Position numbers and translations under genes: made by a program. DNA of 64,000 bases. Origin: Bacillota bacterium (GTDB lineage: Bacteria > Bacillota > DULZ01). The stretch spans positions 5,986-69,985 of the forward strand of contig JBMNIZ010000008.1 of the NCBI GenBank assembly GCA_050951405.1, given 5' to 3'. Below the pieces are notes generated by a model, which saw only the letters and a program-made list of their open reading frames with translations, searched no databases and was not told the DNA's origin. Positions 18,544 to 28,271 of the stretch are shown here, piece after piece; the stretch's first letter is position 1, and every line of letters begins with the position of its first letter.

Positions 18544-19329
18544 TCACCGGCGCAGGTTATTGGCCAAGGACCACATCTCATCGGCAACTTGCAGGGTCCG
18601 GGAATTGATTTGAAAGGCCCTTTGGGCCCCAATCAGCTCCAGCAACTCTTCTGCCAGGTCCACATTGGCCAGCTCAAGAAAACCCTGCTTAATTTGGCCA
18701 TAACCATCTCTACCCGGCTCCCCTTCCCGGGGAAAGCCGCTGGCCTCAGTGGGCAGAAATAGACTCTCCCCCCTTGCTTCCAAACCGGCTGGATTGTCAA
18801 AAAGGTAGAGAGGAATAAAACCCAGCTCTTCCACCATCCCTTCCTCGTTCTTTCCCGTCACGCCGCCGGTAGGTCCCACCACAATTTCCGTAAATCCCGG
18901 TGGAATGATGACAGGCGCCGTGAGGCGATAACCCTGGGAGGTGACCAGGTTCTGATCTCCATCCAGATAAAAAGAGGCGTTTCTGGTATAAGCCCGCGAG
19001 CCATCCGGGAGCTCCACTTCAAAGAACCCGGGCCCCTGAATGGCAAAATCAAGACTCCGGCCTGTCTCTGCCAAGGAACCTTGTCCAAAGTCCCGGAGAG
19101 TTCCCCCTATCTTGACTCCGGCTCCCTGGATCACTTCTTTTCCATCGGCAGGATTCCGGTTCACAGGCAGCCCCGGTCTGGCCAGAGATTGGTAGAACAT
19201 CTCCGTAAAAGTGACCCGCTGCTTTTTGTAAGCTGCGGTATTAATGTTGGCCAGGTTATGAGCAATCACATCAATCTTATGCCCAAAGGAGGTCAGACCC
19301 GAAGCACTATTATTCAAAGAACGCAGCAA
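18544..19329 (-). CDS. flgG: Flagellar basal-body rod protein FlgG
   Basis: 261 aa; N-terminal rod motif NNLANINTAAYKK and C-terminal ELANVDLAEEL...INSRTLQ. Confidence 0.85.
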   Translation of the reverse strand: MLRSLNNSASGLTSFGHKIDVIAHNLANINTAAYKKQRVTFTEMFYQSLARPGLPVNRNPADGKEVIQGAGVKIGGTLRDFGQGSLAETGRSLDFAIQGPGFFEVELPDGSRAYTRNASFYLDGDQNLVTSQGYRLTAPVIIPPGFTEIVVGPTGGVTGKNEEGMVEELGFIPLYLFDNPAGLEARGESLFLPTEASGFPREGEPGRDGYGQIKQGFLELANVDLAEELLELIGAQRAFQINSRTLQVADEMWSLANNLRR

Positions 19330-19343
19330 TTTTCCTCACCTCC

Positions 19344-20105
19344 CTAACGAATGCTGCCCACTTCGTTGACGCTCTTACCCAGGATCTCATCCTGGGTTTG
19401 GATGGCTTTCTGATTCATTTCGTAGATTCTCATGGTGGCGATTAAATCCGTCATTTCCCGGATCACATCCACATTGGACTGCTCCAGATACCCCTGTTTC
19501 ACCACCACTTCTTCCGCCGGCCGGGGGGCTAAATCCTCCGGGGCCCGGAACAAACCCTGGCCCGTTTTCTCCAGCCGCTCCCAAGCGGGGAAATCTGCCA
19601 GTAACAGCCTTTCCACCGGCTCCCCCGCCAGTAGAATGGTTCCGTCGGCAGCAATGGTACAACCGGATTGGGCCAACTGAATCCTTCCCTCATAGCCCAG
19701 CACATAGTAGCCTTCCTCGTTTACTAAAAAACCTCCATCGTCCAGGTGAAAGGCACCGTTGCGGGAATAGCGCAGCCCGTCAGGTGTTTCTATGGTGAAA
19801 AAACCCCTGCCCTGCAGGGCCAGATCCAGCTGGCCTCCCGTATGCTGGAGTGCTCCGGCAGAAAAATCCGTCACAGAAGCATCGATCAACGGCCCATCAT
19901 GCAATGAACCAACTTGCCCCCGGTTGATTTTCCCGCCGGGCAGACGGTCGATCCTGTCCAGATAAATCTCCCGGAAACTCCTGAAAACATGGGTATCTTT
20001 CTTGTAGCCCACAGTGGCCAGATTGGCCAGGTTATTGGAGATTCTTTCCTGGTTCAACTCCTGGGCGGTCATGCCTGCGGCGGAAATATAAAGACCTCTG
20101 AGCAT
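19344..20105 (-). CDS. flgF: Flagellar basal-body rod protein FlgF/FlgG paralogue
   Basis: 253 aa; MLRGLYISAAGMTAQ...NLANLATVGYKKD. Confidence 0.8.
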   Translation of the reverse strand: MLRGLYISAAGMTAQELNQERISNNLANLATVGYKKDTHVFRSFREIYLDRIDRLPGGKINRGQVGSLHDGPLIDASVTDFSAGALQHTGGQLDLALQGRGFFTIETPDGLRYSRNGAFHLDDGGFLVNEEGYYVLGYEGRIQLAQSGCTIAADGTILLAGEPVERLLLADFPAWERLEKTGQGLFRAPEDLAPRPAEEVVVKQGYLEQSNVDVIREMTDLIATMRIYEMNQKAIQTQDEILGKSVNEVGSIR

Positions 20106-20110
20106 CAGTT

Positions 20111-20509
20111 TTACCTCCTTCCCTTAATCAGCAGAACATCGATAATCTGATCTATGCTCCAGGACGGGGATAACTCAAACTGGCCCGCCTCCAGCTGAGT
20201 GCTGACCCCCCTTTCCCGGACCCGTCTCTCAAAAGCAGATCGGTCTTGGATCAAGCCTTTTTCCACCAGCAGGGAAGCAATTTGCTGGGAACTGCTTCCC
20301 GGCGGAATAGCAACCTGAATATATTCCTTTTCCGGCTCAGGCTTTTCCCCTTTTTCGGGGGCGCCTGGGGGCGATTCCGGAATAGGGAGCACTTCTTCCC
20401 GGTAAACCATTCCTAAATTTCTGGCCATCCTTTCGATCTGGGCCTGATCCGGGAGGATTTTTCCCGGGCTGCTCCCCAGGGCAATGAGGGAGGTCAGCAC
20501 CATGCCCAT
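20111..20509 (-). CDS. Small protein with only the N-terminal (YceG/MltG LysM-like) domain, no transglycosylase catalytic domain
   Basis: 132 aa; IQVAIPPGSSSQQIASLLVEKGLIQDRSAFERRVRERGVSTQLEAGQFELSPSWSIDQIID matches the MltG N-terminal domain pattern. Confidence 0.5.
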   Translation of the reverse strand: MGMVLTSLIALGSSPGKILPDQAQIERMARNLGMVYREEVLPIPESPPGAPEKGEKPEPEKEYIQVAIPPGSSSQQIASLLVEKGLIQDRSAFERRVRERGVSTQLEAGQFELSPSWSIDQIIDVLLIKGRR

Positions 20510-20553
20510 CCCCAGGCCCGCCAGAAACTGGGCCCGCCTGGCCAGGAATTTTT

Positions 20554-20955
20554 TTAGCGCCTCAGGTTTAAGATTAATTCTATCTCACCCTTTCCTTTGC
20601 CAAACTCCCTGGCAATCTCCGTGATGGTGCGGCCCTTTTCAAAAGAGCTGATCACCGCCTGTTTAAAATCATCTTCCGCCGGCGGCAGCTTCTTTTCTTC
20701 CAGCAGCCGGGCAAAGTTTAAAGCAGGGGCCCTTTCCGCCGGTAGAAAATGCTGAGACTTGATCTCCAGAAAACTCTCGTGCAAAAGTTCCACCTGTTGC
20801 TGCAGCTCCTGCATCTTCTTCAGGACCGGTTCCAGATTCCCAGCTGCCCCCTTGTCTTCCAAATTCTCCTGGCGCTGCTGACGTACAGCTTCAGGCAGAA
20901 ACACCACCAGCAAAATCATCCCTAAAACCAAGAGCAGATAAAGCACGCTTTTCAC
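20554..20955 (-). CDS. Hypothetical membrane-anchored protein with a C-terminal helix-turn-helix-like segment (at the position of swrB in Bacillus)
   Basis: Start uncertain: GTG 20955, ATG 20919, or the ORF start 21000 taken in the track. N-terminal TM helix VLYLLLVLGMILLVVFLP. C-terminal RTITEIAREFGKGKGEIELILNL. Confidence 0.4.
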   Translation of the reverse strand: MKSVLYLLLVLGMILLVVFLPEAVRQQRQENLEDKGAAGNLEPVLKKMQELQQQVELLHESFLEIKSQHFLPAERAPALNFARLLEEKKLPPAEDDFKQAVISSFEKGRTITEIAREFGKGKGEIELILNLRR

Positions 20956-21664
20956 CTCAACTTCTCCAACTCTCCCCGTAACCGGAGAAGGGCCCGGCAT
21001 GCAGTTGGCAAACCCTGGATTCCGATACTTCCAATACTTTCCCTATTTCTTTTAAAGTCAGCTCCTCAAAATAGTAGAGGGATAGGATCAGGTAGTCCCT
21101 TTCTCCCAGCTTTTTTAAAGCCCTGGTCAGATCTCTCAGCAGCTCTTCTTCCGCATAGACCATGGCGGGATCCGGGCTGGAGACGTCCTGAATGGTGTCC
21201 AGCAGCCGCAAATTGCTTTCTGCCCCATCGACGAGAAACTTTTCCAGGGATTCCACCGCCAAACGGCTGCCCTCCGCCAAAGTTTCCTGCAGCTCTTCCA
21301 CTGACATGCCCGCCGCTGAGGCCGCTTCTTCATCGCTGACCTCCCGTCCCCATTGGCTTTCCAGCTGCTGATAAGCCCGCTCCACCTGGCGGAGCCTGTC
21401 CAGGACGGATCTGGGCGCCCAGTTATCCCGGCGTAGGGCGTCCAGAATTGCACCTTTGATGCGCCTGGAGGCATAAGTCTCGAATTTAATGCCCCTTCCC
21501 GGGTCATATTTGTCCAAGGCATCCATCAGCCCCAAAACCCCATAGCCAACTAAATCCTCCCGGTCCAGGTGGGGAGGCAGTTTCACCTTCAGTCTCCCGG
21601 CCATCTGCTTTACCAGGGGCAGATACCGGAGTATCATCTGTTCCCGGTCAAGAGCTCCGCTCAT
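20952..21664 (-). CDS. fliA: Flagellar sigma factor FliA / SigD (sigma-28); C-terminus out of frame by a 1-nt indel
   Basis: Sigma-70 regions 2-4. The track ORF ends QLHAGPFSGYGESWRS; the adjacent frame reads RALLRLRGELEKLR, the expected sigma-28 tail. Confidence 0.85.
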
Positions 21665-21673
21665 GCTGTCACC

Positions 21674-22336
21674 TCATCGTTCCATCCGGTGCTGTTCCAG
21701 CATTTTTCGGAAAATATATCTGATCAGACCATCTCTTTCCTTTTCTGTGATATCCAAGAAAACAGCGCCGGCAATAAATTTGGGCTTTTCCGACAGACTT
21801 CTTTCACAACGCCGTATCTCCGCCTTTAGCTTGAATTGACAATCCTCGTCGTCTTTTTCGATCCCGGGCAGGTTGAATTTTAACAGGATTTTACTGCCTA
21901 CTGCCAAGGGTTCCCTCAGGGCAATGGAAACCCCTCCTCCGCTAATATCAAGGATGAGCACCTTTTGTTCCAATCCGGCCCGATCCTCATCCAAAAGCAC
22001 CGCCAGCTGCGCTTTAATCACCTTCTTGAGTCTGACGTACTCCCGTAACTGTACCCTCTTGATCTCCTCAGGCTCCTTCAGCACATAATGGGGGAAGGGA
22101 GAGGTCCGGCGGGCCAGAACTTCCGATGTAAAAAGGAATTGCTCGTTCTTGCCAATAACGCGGACCTTAACCTTGGTCCCCGGAGACAGCAGCAGAACAT
22201 CCTTTTTCTCATACGGAAGAGTTACGGTGAAAAAACCCGGGCCCAGGGAAAGAATAATGCTCTTGAAGGGCTTTCCCTTTTCCTCGTCGATGATCTCCAC
22301 TTTGTTATTGATTGCCAATGCGCGTTTTTTCAGCAA
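21674..22336 (-). CDS. PilZ-domain protein (YcgR/MotI-type flagellar brake, c-di-GMP receptor) inside the flagellar operon
   Basis: 220 aa; N-terminal YcgR-like domain; C-terminal PilZ motifs RRCERS...DISGGGVS. Confidence 0.7.
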   Translation of the reverse strand: MLKKRALAINNKVEIIDEEKGKPFKSIILSLGPGFFTVTLPYEKKDVLLLSPGTKVKVRVIGKNEQFLFTSEVLARRTSPFPHYVLKEPEEIKRVQLREYVRLKKVIKAQLAVLLDEDRAGLEQKVLILDISGGGVSIALREPLAVGSKILLKFNLPGIEKDDEDCQFKLKAEIRRCERSLSEKPKFIAGAVFLDITEKERDGLIRYIFRKMLEQHRMER

Positions 22337-22350
22337 GAATAAACATCCCC

Positions 22351-23226
22351 CTAACTAAACAAACGCAACAACCGGTTCAGAAAATGGTTCATGCCGCGGG
22401 GAGATTCCACATGAATATTCAAGATAATTCCCGCCAGCCGGAAAATATCCTGGGATGCATCGGCGTGAGGATATTTGATAACAAGAGGCTCCTGTTCCTT
22501 CACAGCCTGAGCCACAGCCTTATCTTCTCTCACATAACCTAAAGATTGGACCTTGATCTGCAGGAAACGCTCCGCTGCCATTTCCAGTTTGGTCATGGTA
22601 TTCTTTGCTTCAGACCTGCTGGAAGCACGATTAACCACAATTTTGATCTGAGAATGGACGGAAAACTTGGAAAGTATTTTCATAATGCCATAAGCATCGG
22701 TAATGGCCGTGGGCTCCGGGGTAACCACCAGGAGCACCTCCTGGGCCGCGCCCAAAAAACCCAGCACATTGCGGGAAATCCCCGCTCCCGTATCGATAAG
22801 AAGATAGTCCGCCCGGTGGTGAAAGCTGCTCAGGCTCTCAATTAAACGCTTTCTCTGATAGTAGTCCATATTGGCCAGCTCCTGGACCCCGGAGCCACCT
22901 GGAATAATCAGCACATTATGGGGGCCCTCCAGGAGAATATCATCAATGTCTTTATGGCCCAAAAACACATCATACAAGGTAAAACGAGGAATCAAACCCA
23001 ATAAAATATCGATATTGGCCATTCCCAAGTCAGCATCAAATACAACCACTCTCTTTCCCTGCTGGGCGATGGCTATGGCCAAATTGAGCACCAGGCTGGT
23101 CTTGCCTACCCCTCCTTTACCGCTGGCCACCGCCAGGATCCGGGGGCCGGCGGTGGTTTGCTCCTTCTTTTGCTGAAGAGGGAAGCGGCGGGCCAATTCC
23201 CTAAGCCCCAATGCCTGATCAGACAC
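22351..23226 (-). CDS. flhG: Flagellar number regulator FlhG (MinD-like ATPase, YlxH)
   Basis: Deviant Walker A GKGGVGKTSLVLNLA. Confidence 0.9.
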   Translation of the reverse strand: MSDQALGLRELARRFPLQQKKEQTTAGPRILAVASGKGGVGKTSLVLNLAIAIAQQGKRVVVFDADLGMANIDILLGLIPRFTLYDVFLGHKDIDDILLEGPHNVLIIPGGSGVQELANMDYYQRKRLIESLSSFHHRADYLLIDTGAGISRNVLGFLGAAQEVLLVVTPEPTAITDAYGIMKILSKFSVHSQIKIVVNRASSRSEAKNTMTKLEMAAERFLQIKVQSLGYVREDKAVAQAVKEQEPLVIKYPHADASQDIFRLAGIILNIHVESPRGMNHFLNRLLRLFS

Positions 23227-24278
23227 TAGTCCATCGCCCCCAAAATCATTTTTGCCAACTTCTGCGGATTGGCCGCCATAATATCTTCCGGAACATTTTG
23301 GCCTGTGGTCAAATAAGCCACAGCCCGGCCTGTTTCCTCCACCACATTTAAGATAGTGCCTAAAGAGCGTGTTTCATCCGCTTTGGTGAAAATCAACTGA
23401 TTATATTCGGTCACTTGAAAATCCCTCACCGCCTGCAGCAGGTCGCTGCTCTTGGTGGAGCAACTTAAAACCAAAAAAGTCAACCGGCGGGGAATAACCC
23501 GCAAAAACTCCTGTAATTCTCCCAACTGCTTGGTATTGCTCCAAGGTCTGCCGGCCGTGTCCACGAAAATCGCGTCTTTGTCCTGGTGACGGGGCAGCAC
23601 CTCCGCCAGTTCTTCGGGGGTCATCACCACTTCCAAAGGCACATTGAGAATCTCTGCATAAATGCGCAGTTGATCAATGGCGCCAATGCGGTAGGTATCG
23701 GTGGTAATGATGGCAATGTTTTTATGCTGAAAAAGAGCCGCCTCGGCAGCTAGTTTGGCCAAGGTTGTGGTTTTACCCACCCCGGTAGGGCCCACAAAAC
23801 AATAGACCTTCACATCCGGGTCCAGTTCCGGCTCTTTAAACAAACTGGCAATGCGCTGTCCAAGAATCTCTTTGATGGAAGGATCATTATGGTCCGGTGA
23901 CAATTCTTCCATGTTTTCCAGGAGTTTTCCCACCAGTCCATGGTTGATGTCCAATTTCAAAAGCAGTTCCTGCCAGCGGTTCAGGCTCTCCAGCAGATTT
24001 GCCTGTTCCTCCCCTTGACCGGGCCGAACCTGCAAGCCCTTGATCAGCCGTTTTAATTCTCCCACTTCCTGCCGCAGATCAACGGCCAACTGTTGGGTCC
24101 CTGCAGATGGGTACTCCACCGCCGCTGTTACTTCCAGCTTTTTCGGCTGGAAAAGTCCCCTCCAACCGCCGGTGCGCACCTTCCGGCTGGATACGATAAC
24201 CGCGTCCGGACCCAGGTCTCTCCTGATCATTTCAACGGCTTCCGGCATATCTTTAGCTAAATAGCGTTTTATTTTCAC
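23226..24278 (-). CDS. flhF: Flagellar biosynthesis GTPase FlhF (SRP-type)
   Basis: GPTGVGKTTTLAKLAA, DTAGR SRP-GTPase motifs. Confidence 0.9.
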   Translation of the reverse strand: MKIKRYLAKDMPEAVEMIRRDLGPDAVIVSSRKVRTGGWRGLFQPKKLEVTAAVEYPSAGTQQLAVDLRQEVGELKRLIKGLQVRPGQGEEQANLLESLNRWQELLLKLDINHGLVGKLLENMEELSPDHNDPSIKEILGQRIASLFKEPELDPDVKVYCFVGPTGVGKTTTLAKLAAEAALFQHKNIAIITTDTYRIGAIDQLRIYAEILNVPLEVVMTPEELAEVLPRHQDKDAIFVDTAGRPWSNTKQLGELQEFLRVIPRRLTFLVLSCSTKSSDLLQAVRDFQVTEYNQLIFTKADETRSLGTILNVVEETGRAVAYLTTGQNVPEDIMAANPQKLAKMILGAMD

Positions 24279-26359
24279 GTCACCACCACCGTCCCCACAG
24301 ATTCAACCTCCAGTTCAGGAAGCAGCTCCCCATAGGCCAAAACCGTCAACTGGGGCAGGAATCTTTCCGTCAATCGCCGGAAGAGAAGACGCGCCCTGGA
24401 AGAGCAAAGAACCACCGGCTGCTGCCCTTCCATGGCCAGTTTCTCCACCAAAGGCGTCAGCCTGTCGAAAACCTTCTGGGACATTTCCGGGCTGAGAGCC
24501 GGGTAGTTCCCGTTCTGGGTTTTCTGGGCTCCATCCACCAACATCTGCTCCAATTGGGGATGGAGGGTGATCACCTTCAATTTCCCCTGGGGACCGGCAT
24601 AAAGCCTGCTGATAGTCCTCTTCAAGGATTGGCGCACATTCTCCGTCAAGTAATCCGGGTCTTTGGTCACCCGGGCCGTATCGGCCAGCACCTCCAGAAT
24701 AGTCACCAGGTTCCGAATAGGTATGCGCTCCGCCAGCAAATTCTGAAGTATTCTCTGCACTTCTCCATAGGTTAACAACTCCGGCACCAGTTCCTCCACC
24801 ACCGCCGGATTGGTCTCTTTCAACTTATCCAGCATATCCTTGACTCCCTGTCTTCCCAGGAGTTCCGCCGCATGAGACTTGATAAATTCCGTTAAATGGG
24901 TGATCAAAACTGTAGCAGCATCCACGACAGTAAAGCCCTGAATTTCCGCCTTCTCCTTTTCAGACGCCGTCACCCACCAAGCGGGCAAACCAAAAGTGGG
25001 TTCCCGGGTCTCTATTCCCTCCAGTCCTTCCCCTGTGCCGGCCGGATTCATAGCCAACCAGTAACCGGGTATAATTTCCCCCTTGGCGGCTTCCGTCCCA
25101 TGGATCTTAAAACAGTATTGGTTGGGGCCCAGCTGGAGATTATCCCGGATTCTAATGGGACGAACAAAAATACCCAGGTCAGAAGCGCACTGCCGGCGGA
25201 CTGCCGCCAGCCGATCCAACAGATTCCCTCCTTGTTCCTCATCGGTAAGGGGAATCAGGTTGTAGCCAATCTCAATTTCCAAAGGATCCACTTGGAGAAG
25301 ATTTAATACATTTTCCGGCTGCCTCTGCTGCCGGCGGCTTTCCTCCAGCATCCGGGCCTGTTCCCTGGTCTCTTCGCTCAACTTTTCTCCCCGCAAGACA
25401 TAGGCCACATAGCCGGTGGCCGCTGCCAGGATTAAAAAAGGCAAAGTAGGCAGCCCGGGTACAAGTCCCAAAACCAAGAGCAACACCGCCGCCAAGGCAA
25501 TCACCCGGGGAAAAGCGGTAAGTTGGGACGACAGATCCTCCCCCAAACTGGACCCTGATTCAGCTCTGGTCACCAGAATGCCGGTGCCGGTGGAAACCAT
25601 CAGAGCGGGGATCTGGTTTACCAAACCATCACCTACGGTTAAAACCGTATAAAGCCTTAGGGCTTCCATGACAGTTCTGTCCTGCTGCCAAACACCGATA
25701 ATAAAACCACCGCAAATATTGATAATAATGATCACAATGCCCGCGATGGCATCGCCCCGGACAAACTTGCTGGCCCCGTCCATGGCGCCGAAAAAGTCGG
25801 CCTCTCTCTGGAGGCGCTTCCTCCTTTCCCGGGCCTCATCCTCGGTGATCAGGCCCCCGTTCAAGTCGGCGTCGATGCTCATCTGTTTCCCCGGCATGGC
25901 ATCCAGGGTGAAACGGGCCGCCACCTCCGCCACCCGTCCGGCCCCGTTGGTGATCACCACGAACTGGATGACCGTAATAATGAAGAAAATAATCAGACCC
26001 ACCACATAATTACCGCCCACCACGAAATCTCCAAAGGACTGGATCACTTTTCCCGCATGGGCTTTCGTCAGGATCAACCTGGTGGAAGAAATATTCAGAG
26101 CCAGCCGGTAAAAGGTCACCACCAGCAGAAGGGCTGGAAATACAGAAAACTGCAGGGGCTCCGTGGTGAACATGGTCGTCAAAAGGATGATCAGACCAAA
26201 AGTCAGGCTGAAGGTGAGAAGGATATCCAACAGCTGAGCTGGCAACGGAATGATAATGATAAAAACAATGCCGATAATGACAGCTGCAATCAGCAAATCA
26301 CTGTAGCCCGTCAAACGTCGAAAAGAAGAGAAAATACTCTGAGAGCCCGGCGCCGCCAT
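24275..26359 (-). CDS. flhA: Flagellar export apparatus protein FlhA
   Basis: 694 aa; N-terminal TM domain and FHIPEP motifs. Confidence 0.95.
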   Translation of the reverse strand: MAAPGSQSIFSSFRRLTGYSDLLIAAVIIGIVFIIIIPLPAQLLDILLTFSLTFGLIILLTTMFTTEPLQFSVFPALLLVVTFYRLALNISSTRLILTKAHAGKVIQSFGDFVVGGNYVVGLIIFFIITVIQFVVITNGAGRVAEVAARFTLDAMPGKQMSIDADLNGGLITEDEARERRKRLQREADFFGAMDGASKFVRGDAIAGIVIIIINICGGFIIGVWQQDRTVMEALRLYTVLTVGDGLVNQIPALMVSTGTGILVTRAESGSSLGEDLSSQLTAFPRVIALAAVLLLVLGLVPGLPTLPFLILAAATGYVAYVLRGEKLSEETREQARMLEESRRQQRQPENVLNLLQVDPLEIEIGYNLIPLTDEEQGGNLLDRLAAVRRQCASDLGIFVRPIRIRDNLQLGPNQYCFKIHGTEAAKGEIIPGYWLAMNPAGTGEGLEGIETREPTFGLPAWWVTASEKEKAEIQGFTVVDAATVLITHLTEFIKSHAAELLGRQGVKDMLDKLKETNPAVVEELVPELLTYGEVQRILQNLLAERIPIRNLVTILEVLADTARVTKDPDYLTENVRQSLKRTISRLYAGPQGKLKVITLHPQLEQMLVDGAQKTQNGNYPALSPEMSQKVFDRLTPLVEKLAMEGQQPVVLCSSRARLLFRRLTERFLPQLTVLAYGELLPELEVESVGTVVVT

Positions 26360-26383
26360 CCTCCTTCACCTCCTGTTCACAAA

Positions 26384-27487
26384 TCAGATCTTTTGCCTGT
26401 CCTTTCTTCCCATCCTATAGAGCATAGCCAGGATCTCCGCCACTGCCTGGTATAGTTCCGGGGGGATTTCTTGTCCGATGTCCACCTTGTCAAAGATGAA
26501 ACGGGCCACCGGCTTATCTTCCACAATGGGGACCGCATTCTCCTTGGCCACCGCCACAATGCGGTTGGCCACAGCACCCGCTCCTTTCGCCAAAACCAAG
26601 GGAGCCGCATCTTCACCTTCTCGATAACGTAAAGCCACGGCTAAATGGGTGGGGTTGGTGATGACTACGGTAGCTTCCGGCACCCTTTGCATCATCCGGT
26701 GCATGGCCAGCTTCCTCTGTTTTTCCCTGAGCTTAGCCTTGAGAAAGGGGTCTCCTTCCGTCTGTTTGAGTTCCTCCTTCACTTCCTGTTTGCTCATGCG
26801 GATGCTTTTTTCAAATTCCCGCCTTTGATAAATATAATCCAGAACCGCAATCAGCAAAAAAGCGGAAGTTGCCCCCAGTCCCACCTGGAAAATAAGTGCC
26901 GATACCACCTCAAAGCTATCAAAAAGACTCAGGTCCACCAGGAAAAGCAGTTTTTCCAAATCACCTTTCACCATCTGATAGCCCACAATCCCCACAATGA
27001 CGATTTTTAAAAGAGACTTCAGGAACTCCACCGCCGCCCGGCGAGAAAAAATCCTTTTCATCCCTTGCAAAGGATTGATATTTCCCAGCCGCGGCTCCAC
27101 TGCTTCCGAACTAATCCGGAATCCCACCTGCCCATAATTGGCCAGCAAACCGATCGCTACTGCTCCCACAAAAACCGGCCCCATTAAACGGAAGAAAAAT
27201 ACGGTCAAATCCAAGAAAATTCTCCGCAAACCGTTGATGCTTAAAGGCCTGGGCAGCCATTCCTGCAGCAAATAAGTCATCAAATGACGAATCTGCTCAC
27301 TAAAATAATGGCGCAGGAAAAAAACAAGGACGACCAAGGTCAGCAAAACCAGAGCTCCGTTTAAATCGGTGCTTTTTGCCACCTGCCCCTTTTTCCGGGC
27401 CTCCCGCCGGCGGTAAGGGGTGGCTTCCTCGGTTTTCTCTTCCGCGGCAAAAAGCTGTAAATCAATGTAAAAAAGTTCCTCTCCCAT
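26384..27487 (-). CDS. flhB: Flagellar export apparatus protein FlhB
   Basis: 367 aa; AAEEKTEEATPYRRREARKKGQVAKS; NPTH autocleavage motif (VVITNPTHLAVAL). Confidence 0.9.
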   Translation of the reverse strand: MGEELFYIDLQLFAAEEKTEEATPYRRREARKKGQVAKSTDLNGALVLLTLVVLVFFLRHYFSEQIRHLMTYLLQEWLPRPLSINGLRRIFLDLTVFFFRLMGPVFVGAVAIGLLANYGQVGFRISSEAVEPRLGNINPLQGMKRIFSRRAAVEFLKSLLKIVIVGIVGYQMVKGDLEKLLFLVDLSLFDSFEVVSALIFQVGLGATSAFLLIAVLDYIYQRREFEKSIRMSKQEVKEELKQTEGDPFLKAKLREKQRKLAMHRMMQRVPEATVVITNPTHLAVALRYREGEDAAPLVLAKGAGAVANRIVAVAKENAVPIVEDKPVARFIFDKVDIGQEIPPELYQAVAEILAMLYRMGRKDRQKI

Positions 27488-28254
27488 CAGCGGAAACTCC
27501 CCATGATCAGGTGCAAATCCCTTTCCATTAAGCTGACAATATTGCTGAAAGCCAAAGCTACGATGGGCATGATCACTGCTAAAACCAGAAGTCCCACACC
27601 GATCTTCAAAGGGAAACCCAAAATAAACACATTCAACTGGGGAACGGTCCTGGCCACCAGCCCCAGGGACAAGTCGCTGATGAGCAGCACCGCCATCACC
27701 GGCGCCACAATCTTCAAAGCCAGGAGAAACATCCCACTAAAAACTGTCACTATTTGCTGCACGATCACTCCCTGAAAACGGACGCCTCCCGGCGGGACCA
27801 GTTCATAGCTCTGGGCCAGGGCCAAAAGAAGACTGTGATGGCCGTCAATGGTGAGCAAAAGAAGCACTCCCACCAGATTGAAAAAATTGCCCAGGAGAGT
27901 GGAGTGCATCTGGCTGGTGGGGTCCACCAAGCCGGACATGCCAAAGCCGATCTGCAAATCTAAAAGCTGCCCGGCGATTCTGATCCCCGTAAACACCATA
28001 TTGGCCGTTATTCCCAAGGCCAAGCCCAGCAAAGTCTCCGCCGCCAGCATTAAGCCGAAGAAAATAATGTCCACTTCCGGCGTGAGCCAGTCCGGACTGC
28101 TGACAAAAGGCGAAATCAAGACGGCCAGACCAAACCCTGTACCGATCTTCGCCAAAGGCGGGATGCTCCGGTTGGAAAACAAAGGGGCTGCCGCGATAAA
28201 AGCGGTAATCCTGGTGAAAACCAGAAGAAAAACCAGCCAGCGCGCATAATCCAC
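27487..28254 (-). CDS. fliR: Flagellar export apparatus protein FliR (GTG start at 28254)
   Basis: Polytopic membrane protein; the ORF as listed overlaps fliQ, and an internal GTG with a GGGGGAGA RBS sits just after the fliQ stop. Confidence 0.85.
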   Translation of the reverse strand: MDYARWLVFLLVFTRITAFIAAAPLFSNRSIPPLAKIGTGFGLAVLISPFVSSPDWLTPEVDIIFFGLMLAAETLLGLALGITANMVFTGIRIAGQLLDLQIGFGMSGLVDPTSQMHSTLLGNFFNLVGVLLLLTIDGHHSLLLALAQSYELVPPGGVRFQGVIVQQIVTVFSGMFLLALKIVAPVMAVLLISDLSLGLVARTVPQLNVFILGFPLKIGVGLLVLAVIMPIVALAFSNIVSLMERDLHLIMGSFR

Positions 28255-28271
28255 TCCAGGTCTCCCCCCCT

